From contig NW_024704743.1 of the NCBI RefSeq assembly GCF_018977255.1, positions 95,916,001 to 95,980,000 of the forward strand: a stretch of 64,000 nt of DNA, written 5' to 3'. Position numbers and translations under genes: made by a program. How positions within the stretch are numbered: position 1 is the stretch's first letter; every line of letters begins with the position of its first letter. This document shows, piece by piece, positions 26,011-37,769 of the stretch. A model generated the notes under the pieces. The model did no database searches. It was not told where the DNA came from and saw only the letters and a list, made by a program, of their open reading frames with translations. This DNA comes from Callorhinchus milii. Its lineage: Eukaryota.

Positions 26011-28832
26011 GTCCTGACAGGATCAAGGATGGAGACAGGGGAGCATGGTCATCACAAAGGATCATACAAATGCACGTGTTATGGTGAAAAATGGATAATT
26101 TCCTTTGTACAACAACAGTGACGTGCAAAAGCCAATTCATGTTCCTCACTTTCTATTAATGGGAAACACTCGTCAAAGATTACTTTCTGTTAGAGTATGA
26201 CAGTGAGCGATTATAGTTCTATGCCCCCAGTATACAAATAAATATCAAAAGAATGAACCATTTTCCACTCATTATAAATTCATATCCCATGCAATATATC
26301 TCTCCGTAGATTCATACCCCATGCACGTTATAATTGAGAACAGACGGCATTGTGAAATTACAAATTGGAAGCTGTCTCAAAAAGAAAAAATGTCTATAAT
26401 TGTGTCATTTTCATTTCATACCTAACATACATATGAGCAGAATACATCACAAAGAGTCATGAGATATTATTGTAAACCAGATTAAAAACGGTTTGCATTG
26501 ATGTCATTCTGTAAAGAGTTAGCAACAAGCTAAAAGACGCGCCTGTAGTTTTGTTTTATTCCTGATGGTGTAAAAGGTTCAAAAACCCTCATCTCCACCT
26601 TAAGAACTCTCGCTTGAAAATATAAACTCAAATTTTGAAGGCAGTTATCTGATTATAGATCCAAGAGCTCTGGAACACTAAACTGCATAAGGGGCGCAAT
26701 ATAAATACAAGGTGTTGTTGTTGACCAGATGTGAAAATAACAGCACTCTTGTATTTTTTGTAATATTTCCCTCTCTCCCCCTCCTCTTTTCATCCCTTCT
26801 CGAAATTTAGCTATGTCCATCCACAAATGTACCCTTTGGTCAATTGAAAGAACAGACCAACCTGTAGACTCCACCCCTGCCGGATGGTACATGAAAGAGA
26901 AAGAGCCCTTCAACAGAACAGACTCAGGTTCCCCAGAGAGTTTAAGCCAATTCCCTTCCCCCTCTCCCCCATCAAGACTGCAAATGCTCCTGCCCTTCCC
27001 CCAAGGAAGCCTAGAATGAATGCAACGCAATACTCTGCATGTGGCTTTCCCACTAAAAATGAACTTTGTTTCCTCTCTGTGATCTCCTCTCACTCCTCTG
27101 TAACCTAAATCATAAACCTGGGTTTCAGAAACAGATTTTGATTTCAGACCAAACAAAATTCAACGTCTATCCCCTTTAACAACTCACTCACTTAATATCT
27201 GCAAGGTTAATCATATGTTTATTTTGTTTCTCATTTCCATAGAAGCACAGCAATACATCAAAAATCTTCAGCAAAGATGTCGGGCTGAGAAACAAGTTTA
27301 CCTCTTTGTTGTAATTTTACCGCATTTGTGAGCTTAATACCATTCTTAATTCAGCCCTGAGTGAAGAGCTCACAAAACATTCAAACTTTACAGACACACA
27401 CAAGGCCACTGAAGTTCATTTTAATTTCAGGTTGCCCTATGCTGTTCCCGTCACAGACGCAGCCACTAGAAACAAAGCAAGTGTGGAAAATGCTGTCTTT
27501 CATCGGGCAGTGAAAAATGAGGCCCAAGTCCAGACACAAATTGCCGTGTAGGCTTAATGTCTTTGTGACAAAGCACGTCTGTGGAGTGCTGCTGTACCCA
27601 AAATGTGGTGAAAATTCTACTTGAATAAAACCAAAACCTTTGCAGACGGGCAAGGACTTAACCAAAATAAAGAGTCTTCCAGCTTGCAAACTCTTTATAA
27701 CCATGTTCCAAACTACAAAGCCTTTCTGTAAATTCACAGATTTTGATGTAAGGCTCCAGAAAGCACACAGTATCCTGAGACGCCAAATAAAGTATCCCCA
27801 AATGCAGGTTCATGTCTTAATAGCATTCTTGGCTTAACTATTTACATCACAACTTGAATCAATAAACATTAACTCAATTTATCCAGGTAACCTTCTGGTA
27901 ACCTCTGCACCATAGATAAGCAATGAAGACAAACAAGAAGCCGCTAAAGTTTGAAGGATATGTAGGTCAAAGGTGACCAGCATTAAGTAAGGAAGCTTCC
28001 CAATGTGATATTTTGAACATGTTGTTGTTGCTGCAATACAACACTAGTAGTAATAAGCAGAGGTGTCACCTTCACAGCTACCCACTAAAAGAATAGTACT
28101 GCACAAAAAATATCGGCATTTAGCCAATGGAATGATACAATAAATAGATTTTCTAAGTAATAATAATAATTCTCAATTCTGGGGAATTGAAATACGCTAC
28201 AATAATAAAATATTGCGTAACTGTTTAAAATCAGAACTAAAAGGAACTCTTTTTNCAACCTGGCCAACACAGTTTTAAAATGCCGTTCTAACATCTATAA
28301 GTAAAAACACTTGTGATCTAACACTGATCAAGCTGGTAGGAGGACCCATTCGCCAGAAATCACAACGGTGTTTTGAGTCCTAACTGGTCACTATGTATTG
28401 GACAGACACAAATGATTCATCTTAGGATGAGTATTACATCACAGACTGTAAGTTTCCTCCTGTTGATCAGGATGGTTTCCAGGCTGTGACTGTGCTGAGG
28501 TACTGACCTGATGCAGGTCAGCTACAGAAACAATAGTACTTCAGTATATACTCATCCACAGTGGCCAATTGGATAGAGAAACTGCATTAAGGCATCTCCC
28601 TCACTCTCTCCCCAATTCAGGTGGTCAGCCAGTAGGGCAAAGTACTTTGAGACGTCCTCCCAATGTGAAAGGCTCTATATAAATGTATATTGTATTGTAG
28701 CTAAATGGAAAGTCAGTAATGTTAATATTCTGGAAGAGGGAGGTGTAACTGACTGAACCAGTTTGCCATTTGAAGTTTTATTTTGATCACTCATAGTTGT
28801 TCACATTGCATATCTGGACTCTCGCATGAAAA

Positions 28833-29330
28833 ATGGCTCAGTTGGTCGCACTCTTTATCTCTGAGTCAGAAGATCTAAAGGATAGAGGGATTAAGGGATA
28901 TGGGGTTAAGGCAGGCAGATGGAATTAGGTTAGAAGATCAGCCATAATCTTATTGAATGGTGGGGTAGTCTCGAGGGTCCGAATGGCCTATTCCTGGTCC
29001 GAATTCCTATGTTCCTAAAATTGTAGGTTCAACCCACAAGTTGAGCTCCTTGTCTAGGCCGACATTCCAGTGCAGCATTGGGGGAGTGCTGAGTTGTCGG
29101 AAGCGCCATCCTTTGGATGAAATAATAATCTGAAATCCTTGTGCCTGTTCAGGTGGACATTAAAGATTCCATGACACTATTCAAAATGAAGTTTCTCCTG
29201 GTATCCTGGCCAACAAGCCAACAAAAAAAAATGTCACTTCATGCTGTTTGTAGAGCACTAATGTGCATCAATTGGCTACTGCACTTGCCACAGTGACTAC
29301 ATTTTACGAAATAAAATACTCATTCACTAC
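28833..29330 (+). mobile_element. Deu-domain-like tRNA SINE (family B) with a CR1 3' end inserted at about 28878-29016
   Basis: Head tggctcagttggtcgcactct...ctgagtcagaag. Core gccatcctttggatga...ggtggacattaaagattccatgacactatt...tcctggccaa resembles the SINE3/AmnSINE1 Deu domain as recalled. Confidence 0.7.
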
Positions 29331-29796
29331 ATTTTATAGAAAACTCTGAAGAGCTTAGAAAAGTTTTGAAGTGATAAAACAACAAATCAAATACGAGGAT
29401 GACATTATTATAATGGTCACTCAGACAAGGTGCCAGAGCACTAATGTTACTATTGGAATGAACATGTAAGTCAGTGCAAGCGGTGAAAAGTATGTGGATG
29501 TTGGGTTCATTCCCCACTGTGAAAGACCAGCGAATTCAGCACCGACCAGGCATCAAACCTGGGACCTTCCTGTCCGCATGCTTATGTAGACGAGGCAATA
29601 CATTTAACCACTGAACCATTAGACGAACCAAGAATATCAAATCTGGATGATGTTGTTCTGCATTCTTCTATATACAAACATGATGATGGTATATACAGCA
29701 GCTAATCATGACAGCCAAGTCAAGGTGAATAACCACTGCTGGAGCGAAACAAGGGAGTGGATTTGCAAACTCTATCGGGTCTATCCTTAGGGGTCT

Positions 29797-30328
29797 TTAA
29801 ACAGATAAAGCTCGCAGTCGTGCTGCCTTTATCTGTTCTACTTCGATCTTTGCTCTGAGCAGCTCTTCCTCCAGTGCGTGTAATCTTTTAAGGCTTTCCC
29901 TTTTCTCATCAAGATACATTCCAAACTTCCTCTGGTTTTCCAGAATCAACTCTTGTTCCTCTGAAGAGATTTCCCTCTCATGCCCAGACGTTCCATAACG
30001 CGGGATACCTCCCTGTTGTTGCTGTAAAAACAAGAGGTCGTCTCGAGATACAGGCCTGGGAGATGATGCGGAGGGCACCCTAGCACACGATGGAGAAAGA
30101 GAGACGTCCCTAATCAGCCGAGCTTCTGCTTTCTCCAGATCTTCAAAGCTCTTACTAGGCTGTGACAATGCAGTGAACCGTGATGACTTCCCTTCCCGCT
30201 CCAGCTCTGGGGTTACCCATCTAGAAAACGTGTAGGACTGGTAGCCTGAGGGTCCTGGTTGTGAATAGGAGCTGCCAGGTGTTTCCACACAGAGATCTCG
30301 CCTGGAAGCAGAGCTCCTACCATCAGGC
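29797..30328 (-). CDS. Exon 2 of the putative chimeric gene: diverged paralog of the FSBP terminal exon
   Basis: Long polypyrimidine tract plus ctccag| acceptor in phase 2. Colinear with the exon at 50198-49625 (SSAS..D.CVE.P, QPGPSGYQS, W.TPE, ENQRKFG.YLDEKRE, LEE.LLRA.I.VE). Open to TAA at 29797-29799. Confidence 0.87.
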
Positions 30329-30540
30329 CTGGAGACAAAACAGGACAAAGAAAAAACAACACAAACAGATAAATTAAGTACCAAAGCTGTAATTTCCTTC
30401 CACCTCACATGCTTGCGGCATTTTGTTAAGAAACATTCTCAGTGCTCTCTTGAAACTACTCTCTTGATAGAAGCTCAGAGGCCCCAGGTCATTGATCAGT
30501 TTGTTGTGCTGCATTAACTGATATAGATGCAAGACAAGTA

Positions 30541-31530
30541 CTTTTTTTTTGGTCAGCCAGCTATCCAACATGTGGAAACCCATTAACCTGCTCAACAGTA
30601 TCCAAATTAAACACAGTTCAATGCAGCCAATTACACATGGAAATTCACATCTTTTGGAATGAAATGCACATTCTCTCCCTGAGGAATACATCCTACTTGC
30701 CTAATTCCACAGAGTATCAGGCACAGACTGGCAAGAGCCTACGCTAGGAGTTCCAGAGTATACAATTGGGTATTTACTACTGGAGTCTAGCCACCTAGGA
30801 CCAACTGTACTCACTTGGCTTCCAGGGTTAACAGGAGCATGTGAAGAATCCCTGCCTCCAGTCTACCCCTCCAATTCCTACCAATGGCTGGGTGTCCATC
30901 AGAAGTTCCCTGGAATACGCCTGATCCCCTTGGCTCAGAAACTGTATTACCGAGACCACCATAGATTCCAACATTCCATTACCAGATCATCTTGGAGCCA
31001 GTTCAGCTCCAAATAGCTTTCCTCCCCCACCCAAAGAGGATAGTCATGAGTTGGTAATTTGACATCCGATAAGCCAAGGATTGAGCCTCACTTAGCGGAT
31101 GGTAGGTACCAGGAACTCCCTGTGAGCTTCCTGTTGGGCAACACAGCTCAGCATGAAATGCATGAGACCATTGCCACCATCTTCCTGGCCACAGCTCAGC
31201 CACACATCCATCCCCATTGAGCGATGGTTCCACCAGTTGGAGTTGCGGAGTTTGAGCAGTAACTGCTTACCTCTCTGCAAACCAATCAAGGTGGATTCCA
31301 AGCCCTGGATATATGAATGTGTGTTCACAAACTCGGACTCCAGGTTTCGCCTTCCAACAGCTGTCACTCCATGCCTCAGAGTTTCCTCATCAGCTATCTG
31401 GCGTACATCTGTCTTCAGCATGGTGGGAGGACCTTTACAGGACAGCTTGCAACGTACCAGCTATCTTGATATTCTCGAGGTCCAAGTCCAATGGTGGAGT
31501 CAGTATGGTAACTCTGGCAATGTAGATTTG
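30541..31530 (-). mobile_element. Old non-LTR retrotransposon 3' end (family C; CCHC-type C-terminus, possibly RTE-X/Tx1-like) in the intron of the chimeric gene
   Basis: The degenerate minus-strand frame LLLKLRNSN...SCGQED...HFMLSC...REFLVP resembles a LINE ORF2 zinc-knuckle tail. It is followed by about 550 nt of UTR and an A-tail at 30542-30550. Homologous copies occur elsewhere in the window. Confidence 0.65.
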
Positions 31531-31617
31531 TGCTTAAAACAACAAGATCAACCAGGCCACACTTGATGTATAGTTCCTAAAAGAAAAAGCTGTCAATGCT
31601 TCATTTGATAAACTTAC

Positions 31618-32306
31618 ATATTAAACTGGTTTGAAAATGGTGTTGGTCGTCCATTACTTCCTCTTGCCATTTTGAAAACAGGCATGGACTTCTCTTCCTC
31701 ACCATCAACATCTTCTATCTTTGCAATTCCTTTCATGTCGGTTACCTCGTGATCGGTAATGTCCCAGACGCAGACCTTAATAGCAGCTTGCTCCACATAC
31801 TGGTGAAACTCTTCCTCGGTCATTCCTTCTGGAGGTACGACTATGTCTGATGGGCCACCTGCTGCTGGCTGACCAGTGCTGTCACTCTCTCCATGACCCT
31901 GCTGCAGGAAGGCACTATGACGAGCTTTCCATCTACTGATCCACCCAACCGTTGGCACAAAATTTCTGATCTGCAGAGCATCCGCAAGGCTTTTGGCCTT
32001 CACTGCCAGGACTTCATCTGAGACGAGGATGTGCTGAGCCCTGGCAATCTGGAACCACTGGAGCAGGGCCGCATCCACATCACTGTCCCTGCCTTCCCTT
32101 TTGCGTTTGCGATCTGGATTGGTGCTATTCTGCCACTCCATCAGGACCTTTTCCTTGTTCTTGATCAGTCTGGAGATGACTGGCTGAGTAACCCCAAACC
32201 GTTTTGCCAGCTCCATTTGGGAGATCTTTTGTCTCTGAAGCAATTCAAGAACTTGAATTTTCTCAGATAAGGTTAGCTCCTTCTGTTTCTTTCTTGTGGA
32301 TTCCAT
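31618..32306 (-). CDS. Exon 1 of a putative chimeric gene: pogo/Tigger-derived (CENP-B/TIGD-like) double HTH DNA-binding domain without DDE
   Basis: Strong Kozak context caccATGG at 32306. RKKQKELTLSEKIQVLELL...SQMELAKRFGVTQPVISRLIKNKE resembles CENP-B_N/psq-type HTH. RKRKREG...VDAALLQWF...KAKSLA...GWISRWKARH...HGES resembles HTH_Tnp_Tc5. The frame is uninterrupted and ends at a consensus donor AT|gtaagt in phase 2. Confidence 0.85.
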
Positions 32307-35300
32307 GGTGCAACTGAACTGTTCAGTAACTAAACTTTGCACTGACTAACCTAGAGCTCTGACTTGCTCTTTTAAATCAGGCTACATCCAAAGGCCAGCC
32401 CCCACTTCAGAAACACACCCCAAACCTGCTTTCTTAGGTAATGATGTGCAAAAGGGCCCATTCAGCCTGAATATTCAGAGTAATGAGGTGCTGAATGTCT
32501 CTATTGTGTAGTATAAAACCCTGAGTCTTGCATAATGTTAAACTAGGGGTCAAGGAAGGTCAGACTAATCCCTCAATGACTGTGTAAGAAACGCCCAGCT
32601 AATCCATTGAAGCTGTTAAGTGTATAATGGCAAGCTGTCAATGGCCATTATTCTGCACATCTGAGTATAAACTTACTTGCTATAAACTTAACGGATCAAA
32701 AATATGTGGAGCTGCAAAAGAACAAAGTTTCATTTCTGCAAGGTTATATCCTGCATTAAAGTATACACTTAAGCTGCAGTGCCCTAGTTTCAGTTTCTAT
32801 TTTTAAAGCTCACTATTAAAACTTGCCCTTTTACCAAATATCATGTTGCAAAACCAGATCAGTTTTACAGCTTCAGTGATTTGGGATTTTTGTCTTGTGC
32901 AGATCGAACTCTGCCACCATGTATTTTGTATACAAACGGCACTGACCTCTGCTCTTCACCCCTAGTTCCTGCCAATCACCGAACCAAGGCTAGGGTGGAG
33001 GGGGAAGGGAGAAGGAGGGGGATGGGGAGGGAAGAACTACTATTATACTATCAGTTTTTATGCAAATATAATGTTGCAGAGTTCAATCAGCACAAGAAAA
33101 ATCACAAAAATCTCTAAATCTGATCCCTTTTTTGTAACTTGATATTGTGTAAGTGACCAACTTTTTAATAGTGAGCTTTTAAAGCAGCAATGTTGCTTCT
33201 TACACCCTCCCCACCCCCCCCCCCACCCCCCCACCCCCTTCCCCTGAAGGTGCTGGGGTAACTTATGCACAGATGCTAGCAGCTCTGTGGTACCTCAGAC
33301 AAAGTGCCTTTCTTCATGCTTGAGCCTGGGTAGCGCGCTTCAGTAAGCTCAGTGATTTTTTTATTAGGTGGGGGGGGAAGAAAAGAGATCACAACCGAGC
33401 TTGATTGTGTCTTTACATCAACATACGCTCCCTAATTTGTGTGTGGCGTGCGGATGGAGGCACTGGATTATGATCCCGAATAGAATCACCCCACCTTGAT
33501 TTTTTACTCTTCTGAGCCCAGGGACACTGAGGTCGTAGCACGCCATCACTTCCCCAGCTTGAGGTCAAATAGTTCAGCACAGAGTGGAGATGGAGCATGA
33601 TACATTTATGATTGTAGTGGCTCAGTTCTACACTAGCTGGCAGATAAACTAAACAGCCGTTGGAGGAGGCCAGGGTTTGTAGCTTTCACTGGACCATTCT
33701 GTACATAACCTTCATCCTGTGTCCATTTGTTTTACAGTGGGACTAGTGTTCTTGGCACTTTCTACAGCAGCAAGGTCAGAAATGTAACACTGACTTCAAA
33801 GGCTGGATACCACCACTGGTTACAGGCTGACTGCTAGCCTCTCCATCTATTGAGGTAGCAAGAATGGAAAAGTTCAAAACAACTGCAGTTTTATGTGCTT
33901 TTCCCTCCAGTGGCTGTCGAATCCACCCCGCTGGGTAAACAGGACAAATTCCACAGGGGCACAGAATTGCTTCTACTTCAGTTATTCAAGATGCTTTAGT
34001 TTGTTTATAAGGCTGCCTGACCAGTATTATAGATGGAGGAAGATGCAGTAATGCAATGGGTAATGCAATGGCGTGGTTAAAATCACTGCTAAAAAAAAGC
34101 TGTAAAGCTATTAAAAATTACAGAAAAAAGATTACAGCCATAGAAATTTTTAGCGCAGAAGGAAGCTATTCAGCCAATCATGGCTTACTGGGAGCTACCT
34201 ACTCTAATCCCCCTTCTCTTTCATCTACTTCTTAAATAGGAACTTCTACATAATTGGACCTTTCCTGTTGCAATCTACCTGAAAAATCTCTGCAAAGGCG
34301 ACACTATACAAAGGCGACAGCATGTTTATGTTACACAGCATTTCCAAACTGGTTCAAATAGAACTGGTTCTGATATACCCTGAGATAACTGGTGCCTTGA
34401 AATCGACTTCTTAACATCCATAGCCTGGATTCCCCAACTGAAATACCTGTGTGCGCTCAATAGCATGAGACCAACCATAAGACCACAGAACTTTACAGCT
34501 CACGAGACCATATGGCCTATCGTTGCTGTGCTGGCTCTCTGAAAGAAATGTACACATGCACATCATTTTCTGAGGTGCTGTTTTAATTTTCTTGGCACTG
34601 ACCATCCCCAATCTCTGGGGAAGCTCTGTGTAGGTTAGCAGTGCTAAAAACACAGTGCTGGTTTGCGGAGGGCTAGGCTCAGTGCCCAGGAAGTCATGGC
34701 AGCCAGCACATTTAGAGGCACAGTGCCAGGCATGCTAAACCTCAACAGCAACAATGGCTACCGTTCCTAGAGAGAACCTCAGTGCTTGCTTGCCATACTG
34801 CAACCCAAATGCTCAGGAAGCAAAGCTGCATATCAGCACCTTTAGGACTTTGTGAAATGACTGTGAAATAAACCAGAATATTTCTTAGAACGGGCAGGAT
34901 TAGTATTAATTAGGATTAGGATATTTATTAGGATATTAATTGGGATTAGGATATTTTTATTTTACTTATTACACGCAGGCGGAATCCAGGCTGCAGAGCA
35001 GCCCAGTGACCCTCCCGCAACCAAGTGGTCAAACGCTCACACACCTCTGGGACAAAGAAAATGAAGCGATCTAGAGGAGAGCTGCTGGGTGGGGGACTCA
35101 GACTGCAAAAGACAGGAAAGGGAGAGTGTGTAAGGGAGATGCATTTGAAGATAACAATCTATTTTGGGGTGTGCATCACCACACATGATTTATCACTGGC
35201 TACTTCCTTCCTGATTTATAAACAATGCACATTGTACAGTGATGAAAAGGAAAGTGGTCTCATATTGAGGGGAATTCTCAACCTCCATTACTGTTATTTT

Positions 35301-37396
35301 AACACACTGCTGTCAAGATAATCTTTTTTTTATCTGCTGGGCACGGTTGTGAACACTCCTCTCCTCCAGTCCATGACTTTGGTACGATGGTTTGGCTTGA
35401 AGTCACCACCCACCACTTTTATTGCTGCCATTTGTGAAGCCAGTGTATCAGTGTCACTTCACAGGGCATTCCCGACTCAGAATTGTGAGGTGAGGGGCAA
35501 CAACGGGAGGAAGAACTGCGCCGAAGATGTTGTGGTGGGCAGGAGGGGAATGGGGGATATTCACAACCAAAACCAACAACAATTTGCATTTACATAGCGC
35601 CCCTCACACAGGGTAGCGTCCCAGAGCGCTTAATAGTGGCGGAGCACAATGCCGAGCTGGGGGGAGGAGGAAGTGACCGTAAGTATGGTCAAAGCTTCCG
35701 GCGCGACCTGAAGATGGGGAAAGGAAGGGGCAAAGCAGAGGGATAGAGGAAGAGTGTTCCTCAAAACCAGTTGACATTAAGATCATTTGCACTGCACTTT
35801 TTGCCAAAGTGATGGTTAGCACATCATACTTCACGTCTTTCACTCTGCACTATACCTGCAAATTGTTTTTGGTACCATCAAGGTTCTGTATAGAAACTCA
35901 TTTGAGTCGTACAAGTGAAAGCTGGGCACGAAACGTGGCTCTGCTTTTTTTGCAGCCACAGCTGTAGTGTAAACCCAGCAACAGGAAGAACTGATCTGCT
36001 AGCAGAAAATAGGGTGATGTGAAAGCTTCAAATGAATGTGCAGCTCAGCAACATATGCAGTTAACAGAATGATACTGTGTTTACAAAGCATTTTAGTGTA
36101 TCACTGTTCTCTCCCTGCATGTTAATCAATTCAGCAATCCGGGCAGGAGGATTCCCTGCAGAAAAGCTTTGAATGTCACAAAGAAAGGATCATCCTTCCT
36201 ACCACTAGGCGTGGAGGTTAATTAGTAGGAATTCCACAAGAATGCACTTTTGCTGATACAATGTCGGCAGTAATGGAAAACAGCTCACACAGGCATCTGG
36301 GTGCCAACGCTTACAACAAATAAATCATTGAGTTTGAGAAATTAGCAATTGATGAACATTCTCAAAACATTTGATATCTTCTTAAGACTGTGAAATGCTT
36401 GAGGGTAAACCCCTACACATAAACCCTAACGCTATGAAAACATAACAAATCTTGGTTACTGCCACGGCATTTAGAATATCTTAATTTGTTCAGCACAAAT
36501 TCATCAAAATAATACGGGCTATTTATAGTTTAAATCCAACAGCCACATTCTTCATTTGTGCGTTTCTGGATAAGCAATATTTTACTGATAAACTGAGTTC
36601 AAATAACAAAGAAATATTTGAAGCAGGATCTTCATTCAGTCTTTCATTGAAGAAAAGGAACTTCCTCTTAGAGGAGAATCCCAAACGTTAGCATTTCAAT
36701 CAAGCATCAAAAACAGAACTACCTGTTAAACAGGTGTTTCACTGCAATTTTAGGTGGAAAATAAGTTCAGAGTTCTTATCTTACAAACCAGCAAATTAAG
36801 AGATTCGCCGTGCAAACAGGGTAGTTGGGAAGCGCAATACACAATACAAATTTATATTTATATCACCTTTCATATTAGGAATATTCCTTGTGTGCTGAGT
36901 TTTATTTCCAAAATCTGCCTTATATTTCTACCCAACCCCAAACAAAAACACAAAACACACAATCTACAACCCACCCTCCCAAAATCTATACTCCCCCCTC
37001 TCAAGACGCCACAATCTACAGCCCAAACCCCCCAAAAAAACACAACTTGTAGCTACCACCAATGACAACAATACCCCAACCGACACTCTGGGGGCCACAA
37101 GCCTCTTGCCAGCCTACCCCAAATACATATGTAATTGGGGTGCGTCCCACCAAGGAGTGAGTGTACGTTCAAGATATAAGGTACGCTGCCCCACGTGAAG
37201 GGCGCTACATAAATGCAAGTTGTTGTAGGGTCATTTCCATTTATAGGTGGCATACATATGTGGAAGTCTCAGTTCAGTTTGGATACGCTTAAGCATGGTG
37301 ATGGATTTCAGCATGTGTCAGACACCCTGACCAAAAAAACTTCCAGAATCCAACACAGAAGTAAAGATTCTACCACAACTTATAATTCTACATTTG

Positions 37397-37769
37397 TGGA
37401 GTCCTGTAGCTCAGTTGTCAGTGCACTCACCTCACAAGTGAGAGACCTGGGTTTGATCCCCAGCAAGTTGAAATGTTGGGCAAGTTTCCTTATTCCAAAC
37501 GCCTCTGTTTACCTAGCTGTAAGTAGGATCCCGGTTGTTAATTGATTGACGGATTGCTTTCTGGGGGTAATAATTCCTTCAAAAATAATAGTAATAAATT
37601 GGTCACTTAAAATCCACGGTTGTTTGTGGGACACTGCTGTGCGCAATTGGCTACTGCATTTCGCCCACAAAATATACAGTCAAATCACTTTGCAGTATAT
37701 TCTGTGAATCGGTTTGAGACGTCTTGAAGACATGATAAGGCTCTATATCAAATGCAAGGATTATTATTT
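37397..37769 (+). mobile_element. tRNA-derived SINE (family A), full length
   Basis: gtggagtcctgtagctcag head through aatgcaaggattattatt tail. Confidence 0.9.

Noticed and set aside
26653..27156. 167-aa minus-strand ORF and overlapping short ORFs
   Set aside because: No ATG start, no recognisable domain, and the end runs into an L2/SINE tail fragment.
30374..30691. FPCVIGCIE (and GFPHVGG at about 61465) resembling the Harbinger/HARBI1 transposase GFP.VIG.ID motif, attractive as a partner for the Myb-like FSBP
   Set aside because: It lies in the A-tailed 3' UTR of repeat family C. The frame is not preserved between copies, and no other Harbinger motifs follow.
31614..32342. Stand-alone single-exon TIGD-like gene or autonomous pogo transposon
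   Set aside because: There is no DDE domain and no recognisable TIRs. The stop overlaps a consensus donor in phase with the downstream FSBP-like exon. A single-exon isoform is not excluded.
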